The translations under genes and the position numbers were made by a program. A stretch of 64,000 bases of DNA from Thermoplasmata archaeon (lineage in GTDB: Archaea > Thermoplasmatota > E2 > JACPAO01 > JAHFTW01). Shown here piece after piece: positions 20,715-28,707 of the stretch; position 1 is the stretch's first letter; the number at the start of each line of letters is the position of its first letter. The stretch lies in NCBI GenBank assembly GCA_034667725.1, contig JAXDQS010000003.1, positions 352,001 through 416,000 on the forward strand. Direction: 5' to 3'. The notes beneath the pieces are model-generated. The model did not search any database, was not told the DNA's origin, and was given only the letters and a program-made list of their open reading frames with translations.

Positions 20715-21064
20715 CGACGGCTCACTCCGTCAAACCGCTTCGATGCCCCTTCCGTCTACGGACGGAAGGCCCGGCGCCGCCCTCCGGGCGTGCCTGCACC
20801 CGAGCGACCACGGTCGCTTCGCTGCGCATCGCTCTCATGAATCGCTCAGGTGCCCCTTCCGGCCTGCGGCCGGAAGGTCCGCCGCGGCCCTTCGGGCCTG
20901 GCTGCATCGAACCGGTCGCCGCCCGTTCGCTTCGCTCACTCCGTCAAACCGCTTCGATGCCCCTTCCGGCCTCACGGCCAGAAGGCCCGGCGCCGCCCTG
21001 CGGGCGTGCCTGCATCGAAGCGACCGCCGTCGCTCGCTCCGCTCGCTTCGTCAAGCCTCTTCGA
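20715..21064 (-). repeat. tRNA-linked tandem array: three 107-bp structured units plus a partial fourth
   Basis: The GC that starts each unit on the + strand recurs at 20745, 20852, 20959 and 21066 (the last inside the tRNA 3' end). Confidence 0.9.
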
Positions 21065-21135
21065 TGCACCGTGCGGGATTTGAACCCACGCTGGCGGCTT
21101 GGAAGGCCGAAGTCATACCCCTAGACCAACGGTGC
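21065..21135 (-). tRNA. tRNA-Gly(TCC), no encoded CCA
   Basis: GCACCGTTGGTCTAGGGGTATGACTTCGGCCTTCCAAGCCGCCAGCGTGGGTTCAAATCCCGCACGGTGCA cloverleaf. Confidence 0.95.
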
Positions 21136-21181
21136 GCGGGCGGCGCGACTCAAGCGGTCGCCATAAACCACACGGCCGTGC

Positions 21182-23761
21182 TCACGCCTTCTTCTTGGCC
21201 GCCTTCTTGCTTGCGGCCTTGCGGGCGGGGCGCTTCTTGCTGGGCGCGCGGCCCTCCTTCTCGGCCAGCAGGGCCACGGCCTCGTCCATGGTGACGGCGC
21301 CCACGTCCATTCCCTTCGGCAGGGTGGCGTTGGTGTCGCCGTGCTTGAGGTAGGGCCCGAAGCGGCCGTCGAGGATGCGCACGGGCTTGCCGTCGGCGGG
21401 GTGGTCGCCGACCTCGCGCAAGGCCGAGGCGGCAGCGCGTTGGCCGCGACCGCGCTTGGGCTGCGCGAGCAGGGCCAAGGCTTCGTCCAGGCCGATGGTG
21501 CCCAGCTGGGCCGGCGGGATGCTGCGGTACTCCAGCTTGCCGCCGACGTCGTGGGCGATGTAGGGGCCGAAGCGGCCGAGGCCGACGATGACGCGGCCGC
21601 CGTCGGGGTGCTCGCCCAGCTCCTTGGGGAGGCTGAGGAGGAACAGCGCTTCGTCGAGGTCGGCGTTGTCGGGGGTCTTGCCCTTGGGGAGGCTGGCGCG
21701 CTTGGGCTTGCCGTCGGCGGCGTCCTCGATGGTGCCGAGCTGGTAGTAGGGGCCGAAGCGGCCGTCGAGCACGAAGACGCGCAGGCCGGACTCGGGGTCT
21801 TCGCCGACGACTTGGGGGCCTTCCGCCTTCTGCTTCAGCAGGCGCTCGACGGTGGCTTCGTCCAGTTCGTCGGGGGTGACAGCCTCAGGGAGGCTAGCCG
21901 TGAGCTTCTCGCCGTCGCGCTCCACTTCGATGTAGGGGCCGAAGCGGCCGATCTTGACCTTGCAGGGCAGGTCGCCCAAGTCCACTTCGCGGCCTTCGCC
22001 GGGCGGGATCGACTCGAGGCGTTCCTGGATCTGGGCCTGCAGGCCGTCGGGGCCGAGGAAGAACCCGGTGAGGAACGGGACCCATTCGGCCTCGCCGGCG
22101 GCGATGAGGTCGAGCTTTTCCTCCATCTCGGCGGTGAAGGCGAGGTCCACCAGCTTGGGGAAGTGCTTCTCCAGGAGGCCGACGACGGCGAACGCGGTGA
22201 AGGTGGGGACGAGCGCCTTGCCCTTGGAGGCGACGTAGCCGCGGTTCTGGATGGTGTCCAGGATGGCGGCGTAGGTGCTGGGGCGGCCGATGCGCTCCTC
22301 GACGAGGGCCTTGACCAGGCTGGCTTCCGTGTAGCGCGCCGGCGGCTTGGTCTCGTGGCCTTCGGCGGCGACCTCCTTGCATTCCGGCTTGTCGCCTTGC
22401 TTGAGCGGGGGGAGGCTGCCTTCCTCGTCCTCGGTGGCGCCGTAGGCGGCGCGGTGGCCGGCGAAGTCGACGCGCTTGCCGCTGGCGGTGAAGGTGGCGT
22501 CGAGCGCCTGCAGGGTGACGGTCGTGGCGGTGAAGCGCTCGTTGGCCATCTGCGACGCGAGGGTGCGGGCCCAGACGAGGCGGTAGAGCGCCAGGTCGAT
22601 GCCGGCCAGGCCGGTGCGGTCGGGGTGCTGGAACTCGGCGCCGGCGGGGCGGATGGCCTCGTGGGCCTCCTGGGCGCCCTTCTGCTGCTTGCCGGCGTAG
22701 TCGCGCGGCTGCGGGTGCAGATAGTCGGCCCCAAACTCGGCACGCACCGCGGCCGCGGCGCCCTTCTGGCCTTCCTCGCTGAGGGCCGTCGAGTCGGTCC
22801 TCATGTAGGTGATGAACCCGTTCTCGAACAGCCGCTGGGCGGCCTGCATCGCCTGCTTGGCGCTGAGGTTGAGGCGGTTGTTGGCCTCCTGCTGGAGCGT
22901 GCTGGTGACGAACGGCGGCTGCGGGCTGCTCTGGCGCTGGGCCTCCGTGACCTCGGCGACCTTCCACGGCGCCTTCCTGAGGGCGGCCTGGAGCGTCTTG
23001 GCCTGCGCCTCCTCCAGCAGCAGGACGTCCTTGCCGGCGGCGAGCTTGCCCGTGTCGGGGTCGAAGTCCTTGCCGGTGGCCAGCCGCTTGCCGGCAAGGG
23101 CGACCATGCGTGCCTCGAACGGCCCGCCCTTGACGAGGCTCGCGGTGAGGCCCCAGTAGGCGCCGGCGCGGAAGGCGCGGCGCTCGCGCTCGCGCATCAC
23201 CACAAGGCGCACGGCGACCGACTGGACGCGGCCGGCGCTGAGGCCGCCGCCCACCTTCTTCCACAAGAGCGGGGACAGGGCGTAGCCGTAGAGGCGGTCG
23301 AGGATGCGGCGGGTCTCCTGCGCCTGCACCAGGTTGAGGTCCAGTTCGCGCGGCTTGGCGAGCGCCTTCAGCACGGCGTCCTTGGTGATCTCGTTGAAGA
23401 CCATCCGGCGCACGGGCACCTTGGGCTTGAGGGCCTCCACCAGGTGCCAGCTGATGCTCTCGCCCTCGCGGTCCTCGTCGGTGGCCAGGAACAGCTCGTC
23501 GGCGTCCTTCAGCTTGGAGCGCAACTCTCGCAGCACCTTCTCCTTGCCCGGGATGGTGACGTAGTAAGGCTGGAAGCCGTGCTCGATGTCCACGCCGTAG
23601 TCCGCCCACGGCTTGCCCTTGATCTCGGCCGGGATGACCGCCTTGCTGGTGGGCAGGTCGCGGATGTGGCCGACGCACGAGTCGACGACGTAGCCCTTGG
23701 GGAGGTAGCCCTGGATCTTCTTGCTCTTCGTCGGGGATTCCACGATGACGAGTTTGGGCAT
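21182..23761 (-). CDS. topA: DNA topoisomerase I, bacterial type with GRFGPY C-terminal repeats and a Lys-rich tail
   Basis: LVIVESPTK, ATDEDREGE, SAGRVQS, ITYMRTDS, AHEAIRP, GRPSTY; four GRFGPY repeats. Confidence 0.97.
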   Translation of the reverse strand: MPKLVIVESPTKSKKIQGYLPKGYVVDSCVGHIRDLPTSKAVIPAEIKGKPWADYGVDIEHGFQPYYVTIPGKEKVLRELRSKLKDADELFLATDEDREGESISWHLVEALKPKVPVRRMVFNEITKDAVLKALAKPRELDLNLVQAQETRRILDRLYGYALSPLLWKKVGGGLSAGRVQSVAVRLVVMRERERRAFRAGAYWGLTASLVKGGPFEARMVALAGKRLATGKDFDPDTGKLAAGKDVLLLEEAQAKTLQAALRKAPWKVAEVTEAQRQSSPQPPFVTSTLQQEANNRLNLSAKQAMQAAQRLFENGFITYMRTDSTALSEEGQKGAAAAVRAEFGADYLHPQPRDYAGKQQKGAQEAHEAIRPAGAEFQHPDRTGLAGIDLALYRLVWARTLASQMANERFTATTVTLQALDATFTASGKRVDFAGHRAAYGATEDEEGSLPPLKQGDKPECKEVAAEGHETKPPARYTEASLVKALVEERIGRPSTYAAILDTIQNRGYVASKGKALVPTFTAFAVVGLLEKHFPKLVDLAFTAEMEEKLDLIAAGEAEWVPFLTGFFLGPDGLQAQIQERLESIPPGEGREVDLGDLPCKVKIGRFGPYIEVERDGEKLTASLPEAVTPDELDEATVERLLKQKAEGPQVVGEDPESGLRVFVLDGRFGPYYQLGTIEDAADGKPKRASLPKGKTPDNADLDEALFLLSLPKELGEHPDGGRVIVGLGRFGPYIAHDVGGKLEYRSIPPAQLGTIGLDEALALLAQPKRGRGQRAAASALREVGDHPADGKPVRILDGRFGPYLKHGDTNATLPKGMDVGAVTMDEAVALLAEKEGRAPSKKRPARKAASKKAAKKKA

Positions 23762-23905
23762 CCAGGGCTCCGCGGGGTCGGCCGACGCCGGGTGTGCCGG
23801 AAAACCCTTCGCCCGCGGGCCGGCATTGCGCACCCCCCGTAGGGGGGTGTCGCGTTCGCCGGCGGCTGCCAAGCTTCTTGACGCCCGGGCGGGGTGGGTC
23901 GCGGC

Positions 23906-24241
23906 ATGGCCGAGCAGCTGACCTTGGATGCGATCGAGACCCGCGACATCGCGGAGGACCGGCTGGAGGTCGCCACCGTCCTGCTGGAGGCGGTCTTGGC
24001 GGCCGGCTTTCGAGCGCGGCGGCCCGACCTCGAGCTGGGCCACTTCGAGTTCACCGACGGCCAGGCCAAGGACCACGTGGTCACGGTTGACCTGGTGGCG
24101 TTGGGCCCGAAGGCCACGCGCGCCGTCGTGATGTCGCGCATCCTGTGGGGGCCGAAGCACGCCAACTTCACGAGCGCCCAGCGCAACGGCGACAATGTCC
24201 AGCGCGTCGTGGCCTTGATGGCGCGCTGGCCGAAGGCGTAG
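23906..24241 (+). CDS. Hypothetical protein (111 aa)
   Basis: Host-like codon bias; divergent from topA. Confidence 0.65.
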   Translation: MAEQLTLDAIETRDIAEDRLEVATVLLEAVLAAGFRARRPDLELGHFEFTDGQAKDHVVTVDLVALGPKATRAVVMSRILWGPKHANFTSAQRNGDNVQRVVALMARWPKA

Positions 24242-24244
24242 CGG

Positions 24245-25756
24245 CTACGCGAACCCGGTCAGGGCAGGGTCGCCGAGCGCGTCGCCCGTGTAGCCGAAGA
24301 CCCAGAGGCCGGTGGCGCGGTCGGTGCCGTAGACGTGGCCGTCCACGACGTTGACGTCCCAGGTGTTCAGGACGGCGTTCGGCACGTGGTCGTCGGGGAT
24401 GGGCGTGCGGGCGAGGTTGTAGCCGAGGACGGCCTGGGCGTTGTCGCCGGCCAGGATCTGCCCGAAGTCGAGCACCCAGACGCCGGCGTGGTTGTAGGTG
24501 AGGTAGACGCGGACGTCCTCGACGCTGACGTCGTCGCCGCGGGGCGCCACCTGCCACTGGTGGGTGGTGAGGTAGAGGCCTTGGCTGCCGTGCAGGCCCG
24601 GGTGGAACCACTCGGCCACGAGCTGGAGGTTGCCGAGGTCGTCGGCGTCCAGCACCCAGAGGCTGGGGACCGTCGTGCCGGCGGTGTACTCGGGGCTGGC
24701 CATGATGTAGCGGTGGCCGGCGGCACGGAACATCATGGCGGTGTGGACGTTGCCGTCGTAGTGGGTGGCGCCCTCGCCGTTCCAGGCGCCGACCTCGGTG
24801 ATCAGCGGCGCTTGCGAGATGTCGAGCACCTTGAGGCCCTCGTCCCAGTGCGACACCACGGCGTAGGAGCCGGCGCCGAAGGTGCCGTTCTCGTGGGTGA
24901 CGGTGACGTCGTGCGGGCCGCTGGAGAACAAGGTGCCGGCGACGCAGGTGGCCGGCTCGGGCAGGTCGCAGCTCGGGTCGCCGACGGCGGGCACCGCGCT
25001 GGGCATGGGGAGGCCGCCGCGGGTGGGCACGTACTCCACGAAGCCGAGGTTGAGGATGAACGGGCCGTCGCGCTGGATGAGGTAGCTGCGGACGTGCTGG
25101 CTGATGCAGAACACGGCGTCCTGGTTGGCGGCGACCTGGACGGGCTCCAGCATGTGGCAGCCCACCTGCGTGTCGAAGACGGCGCCGAGGTGCTGGGGCG
25201 CCTTGGGGTCGGTGAGCGAGTAGGCCGTGAAGCCGGCGGGGGAGGCGGGCGCCATGGGGTCCGCGACGCCGGCGGTGGCCAGGGCTTGGCTGGCGGTGTA
25301 GAGGATCTTGCCGTCGTCGCTGATCTTCACGTCGGTGACGTGCAGGCCCGGCTGCGGGATGAACGACAGCACCTTGGGCGCAGCGCGGTCGGCGATGTCG
25401 AGGACGTAGACGCCGCCGGGCTCGCCGGAGCCGACGACCGCCACGGCGCCCAGGTCGAGGTCGCCGCGCATGTCCATCTCGCCGAGGTACTTGTGGGGCA
25501 CGCCGTCCTGCCGCAGCGCCGTCCAGCCGATGGCGGGCAGGGTGCAGGTGCGGACGTTGGTGGTGGCGAACTCGGTGGCGTTGTCCTTGTCGTCCGAGAT
25601 GGGGTCGAACGTGGGCTCGGCCAGCAGGACGCCTTCCTGGTCGTACGGGCTGGACGGGCACAGCTGCGCCTGGTCGAGGACGTCGTCGTCCGTCGTGGGG
25701 GTCGTGCAGCCGGCCAACAGGAGGGCAAGGCCGAGGGCGAGGGGCGTCCAGCGCAT
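24245..25756 (-). CDS. LVIVD-repeat beta-propeller-like lipoprotein
   Basis: MRWTPLALGLALLLAGC lipobox; GVYVLDIAD, GLKVLDIS, GVWVLDF repeats. Confidence 0.82.
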   Translation of the reverse strand: MRWTPLALGLALLLAGCTTPTTDDDVLDQAQLCPSSPYDQEGVLLAEPTFDPISDDKDNATEFATTNVRTCTLPAIGWTALRQDGVPHKYLGEMDMRGDLDLGAVAVVGSGEPGGVYVLDIADRAAPKVLSFIPQPGLHVTDVKISDDGKILYTASQALATAGVADPMAPASPAGFTAYSLTDPKAPQHLGAVFDTQVGCHMLEPVQVAANQDAVFCISQHVRSYLIQRDGPFILNLGFVEYVPTRGGLPMPSAVPAVGDPSCDLPEPATCVAGTLFSSGPHDVTVTHENGTFGAGSYAVVSHWDEGLKVLDISQAPLITEVGAWNGEGATHYDGNVHTAMMFRAAGHRYIMASPEYTAGTTVPSLWVLDADDLGNLQLVAEWFHPGLHGSQGLYLTTHQWQVAPRGDDVSVEDVRVYLTYNHAGVWVLDFGQILAGDNAQAVLGYNLARTPIPDDHVPNAVLNTWDVNVVDGHVYGTDRATGLWVFGYTGDALGDPALTGFA

Positions 25757-25854
25757 CGAGGCAAGCGACTTGGGGGGAGGTGATGAAGGATGCGGCAGTG
25801 GGCTTTTGGCGCGACCAGTCCCCTGAACCGTTTTGCAGGTCGCCCAAGTTCGGG

Positions 25855-26072
25855 GGTCTCGGTGGATTCCTGAGAACTCTGTGGAATCTGTGTCCAGCCG
25901 GCGGCCGACGGGCACCGATTTCCCCAGATTCGGAAGATTCCCACAGAGGTCTGTGGAGTCTGTGTCCAGCCGGCGGCCCGCGACGAGCACTGATTTTCCC
26001 AGATTCGGAAGATTCCCGCAGAGGTCTGTGGAATCTGTGTCCAGGGGGCCGCTCTGTGGAGTCTGTGTCCAG
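25855..26072. repeat. Mosaic palindromic repeat cluster A (~75-bp units)
   Basis: CGACGRGCACYGATTT-CCCAGATTCGGAAGATTCCCRCAGAGGTCTGTGGARTCTGTGTCCAG tandem units. Confidence 0.92.
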
Positions 26073-26085
26073 TTGGGGCAGACCC

Positions 26086-26238
26086 CTAGTTCGGTGGGCT
26101 CGGACCCAGGCCGCCGTTGCCAAGGTTCGCCCGCAGCCCCGCAAGCGCCAGCTCCTTCAGGCTCCGCCCCGCGTTCTCCGGCCGCAGCGGGCACAGCACG
26201 CATTCCGGCTCGCTCCGGCAGCACGCCAGTTCCCGCAT
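26086..26238 (-). CDS. Small Cys-rich protein (50 aa)
   Basis: MRELACCRSEPECVLCPLRPEN...; stop lies just before repeat cluster A. Confidence 0.5.
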   Translation of the reverse strand: MRELACCRSEPECVLCPLRPENAGRSLKELALAGLRANLGNGGLGPSPPN

Positions 26239-26372
26239 CCGCAGCGTCTCCAACGAATTGCGGCAGAAGTGCTGCGCACAAGAGGATGGCGCCTGAAATT
26301 CTCCACCGGAAACCGCAGCCGCGGAATGCCAAACCCCCAAATACTGCCCAAGTTTGTGCATCGGCGGTCGGT

Positions 26373-26780
26373 ATGGACGAAGTCGACAAGAAGATCGTTT
26401 TGATCCTGCGCCAGAACGCCCGCGAGTCGTTCACGCAGATCGCGGAGCAGGTCGGGACGTCGGAGGGCACGGTGCGGGCCCGCGTGAAGAAGCTCACGGA
26501 GGACGGCACCATCCGCCAGTTCACCATCCGCACGGCGGGCAGCCACGTCAAGGCCTTGGTCGAGGTCAACGTGACCGCCAACGTGCACACCTCGGACGTG
26601 GCCAAGACCATCCGGCAATGGGCCGGCGTGGACGCGGTCTGGGAGGTCACCGGGGACAACGACATCATGGTGGTGGCGGACTGCCCGACGACCGAGGAGC
26701 TCAACGGCATCATCGACAAGATTCGCGACGTGCCGGGGACCCAGGCGACGCGGTCGCGGCTCATCCTGAAGGAGCACTAG
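26373..26780 (+). CDS. Lrp/AsnC family transcriptional regulator
   Basis: MDEVDKKIVLILRQNARESFTQIAEQVGTSEGTVRARVKKL HTH; VTGDND. Confidence 0.93.
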   Translation: MDEVDKKIVLILRQNARESFTQIAEQVGTSEGTVRARVKKLTEDGTIRQFTIRTAGSHVKALVEVNVTANVHTSDVAKTIRQWAGVDAVWEVTGDNDIMVVADCPTTEELNGIIDKIRDVPGTQATRSRLILKEH

Positions 26781-26803
26781 GCTGCGGCCCTCCCCACCCA
26801 CTA

Positions 26804-26838
26804 GACACAGATTCCGAAGATTCTGTGGAATCTGTGTC
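26804..26838. repeat. Minimal palindromic unit (cluster B) between convergent genes
   Basis: GACACAGATTCC ... GGAATCTGTGTC perfect 12-bp inverted repeat. Confidence 0.85.
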
Positions 26839-26862
26839 AGGTCCATCGGTCGGGTCAAGCGG

Positions 26863-27510
26863 TCAAGCGCGCGCCGCCAGCCACCCGTCGATGCCATCGA
26901 GGACGTACTGCACGGCGAACGCCACGGTCAGCAGGCCCATGATGCGGGTGATGACGCGGCGGCCGTTGTCGCCGATGATGTGGCTGGCGCGGGCGGTGGC
27001 CAGCAGGATCGCGAGCGCGCCCACCATGGCCAGCAGGATGGCGACGCTGATGGTGGCCAGGTCATGGCGGGTGCCTTGCACGATGACCAGGCTGATGGCG
27101 CCCGGGCCGGCGAGCATGGGAAGCCCGAGAGGCACCAGGCTCGGGTCGTGGGCAACAGGGCCGCCGCGGTGGGTGCCGCCGGTCGTGACCTCCAGCTCCC
27201 CTTCCGCGATCTCGCGCAGGGGGACCTCCTCGCCTTCGCGCAGCATGTTGAGGCCAATCAGCACCAGCAGGATGCCGCCGGCGACGCGAAGGCTGTAGAG
27301 CTCGATGCCGAGGTGGCGCAGCAGGGCTTGGCCGGCGACCGCGAACAGCAGCAGCACCGCTGCGGCGAACATGCAGGCCTTGAGGGCGATGCGGTCGCGG
27401 GCAGGCCGGTCGGCGCGCGCCGTGAGGCCGAGATAGAGGCCGATGGAGGCCAGCGGGTCCACCACCACGAAGAGCGGGACGAGGGCGAGCACCAGCTCCT
27501 GCGGGTCCAT
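26863..27510 (-). CDS. MarC family membrane protein
   Basis: LFVVVDPL, VAGGILL, PLGLPMLAGPGAI, ITRIMGLL. Confidence 0.93.
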   Translation of the reverse strand: MDPQELVLALVPLFVVVDPLASIGLYLGLTARADRPARDRIALKACMFAAAVLLLFAVAGQALLRHLGIELYSLRVAGGILLVLIGLNMLREGEEVPLREIAEGELEVTTGGTHRGGPVAHDPSLVPLGLPMLAGPGAISLVIVQGTRHDLATISVAILLAMVGALAILLATARASHIIGDNGRRVITRIMGLLTVAFAVQYVLDGIDGWLAARA

Positions 27511-27516
27511 GGGGCC

Positions 27517-28476
27517 TCAGTAGGCGACCGTCATGCGACGGCGCGGGTTGCGCGGGCGCTCCATCTCGTCCACGAAGGCCACGGCGTAGTCCTCCATGCT
27601 GATGCGGCTCTCGCCCTTGGCGTCGGCCAGGAGCTGGTCGGTGCCGGCGCGGTACTTGCCGGTGCGCTTGCCGGGCTCGACCATGGCGGGCGGGCTGATG
27701 CAGGTCCACTGCAGGTCGCCGGCGCGCTCGGCCAGCACCTGCATGGCGTCGCGGTGCGCGAGGGCCAGCGGGCGCCACTCGGCGGGGAAGCTGGGCGAGT
27801 CCAGCAGCTGCTTGCCGCCGGGGACCTGGAGGCTGCCGGCGCCGCCGACCCACAGCAGGCGCGGGACGTTGGCCTCGCGGGTGCCTTGCGTCAGCGCGAC
27901 CGCGGCGTCCGACAGCTCGTCGGGGCTCTCCAGCCGCGGCGCCACGGCGGCGGCCACCACGTCGTGGCCCTTGGCGACGGCGCGGACCATCAAGGGGTCG
28001 GAGGCGTCGGCGCGCACCGCCCGCAGGTTGGGGTGGCGCAGCTGGAGCTTCTCCGGGTGCCGCATGGCGGCCGTGACCTGGTGGCCGCGCGCGAGCGCCT
28101 CCTGCGCGATGCGCGAGCCGATGCGGCCCGACGCGCCAAAGAGCGCGACCCGCAGCGGCTTGACGACCTCGCGGAACTCGACCTCGGGCGCGGCGGGGGC
28201 CGGGCGCGCCGCGGCCGTGCGCACGGCGGGCTTCGCCTTCGCCGGCGCCGCGGCCTTCTTGGCCGGCGGCCGGGCCGCGGCCTTGCGGACGGCCGGCTTG
28301 GACGCGCGCTTGGGCACCTTCTTGGCCGCCGGGCGCGCCGCCTTGCGGACGGCCTTCTTCGGGGCCTTGCGGGCGACGGCCTTCTTGGGGGCACGCGCCG
28401 GGCGCTTGGCGGGGCGGGGGGAACGCGCGGAGCGGGCGGGGCGGGCGGCCTTCTTCGGGGCCTTGCGGGCGGCCAT
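27517..28476 (-). CDS. NAD(P)H-binding oxidoreductase (atypical SDR/flavin-reductase-like) with histone-H1-like basic N-terminal extension
   Basis: GASGRIG, VGGAGSL, ISMEDYAVA; first ~95 aa are K/R/A/P repeats. Confidence 0.88.
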   Translation of the reverse strand: MAARKAPKKAARPARSARSPRPAKRPARAPKKAVARKAPKKAVRKAARPAAKKVPKRASKPAVRKAAARPPAKKAAAPAKAKPAVRTAAARPAPAAPEVEFREVVKPLRVALFGASGRIGSRIAQEALARGHQVTAAMRHPEKLQLRHPNLRAVRADASDPLMVRAVAKGHDVVAAAVAPRLESPDELSDAAVALTQGTREANVPRLLWVGGAGSLQVPGGKQLLDSPSFPAEWRPLALAHRDAMQVLAERAGDLQWTCISPPAMVEPGKRTGKYRAGTDQLLADAKGESRISMEDYAVAFVDEMERPRNPRRRMTVAY

Positions 28477-28556
28477 GGCCGTGCCAAGGGCCTCGCGGCC
28501 ATAAGCGATGCCCCTGCGGAAAGCGGTATCAAGGACCACGACCACACTAGAGGCTA

Positions 28557-28660
28557 GCCACGCCGCAGTGACGCAAGCCTTCGAGGGCTCGCCCTCCACC
28601 GGCCTGGACCCGCTTCGCGGCAGTCCCAGGCCAAATCTGTGCCGTGATCCTCGGCGTGGC
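28557..28660 (-). ncRNA. Candidate structured ncRNA (three-way junction)
   Basis: Terminal stem GCCACGCCG/CGGCGTGGC plus two internal hairpins; G-U pairs favour the minus strand. Confidence 0.4.
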
Positions 28661-28707
28661 GTTCTTCTCCTCCCGTTTTTATCCCCCCGCCCGGTGGCCG
28701 CGCGTCC

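Noticed and set aside
23830-23850. Hairpin CACCCCCC-GTA-GGGGGGTG upstream of topA
   Set aside because: A single short hairpin in GC-rich DNA; no further support for function
25855-26072. CRISPR array interpretation of the repeat clusters
   Set aside because: Units are ~75 bp and degenerate, linkers are short and shared rather than unique spacers, clusters are dispersed, and no cas genes are present
28557-28700. T-box riboswitch for proS
   Set aside because: No T-box or antiterminator motif; the structure favours the opposite strand; proS appears leaderless
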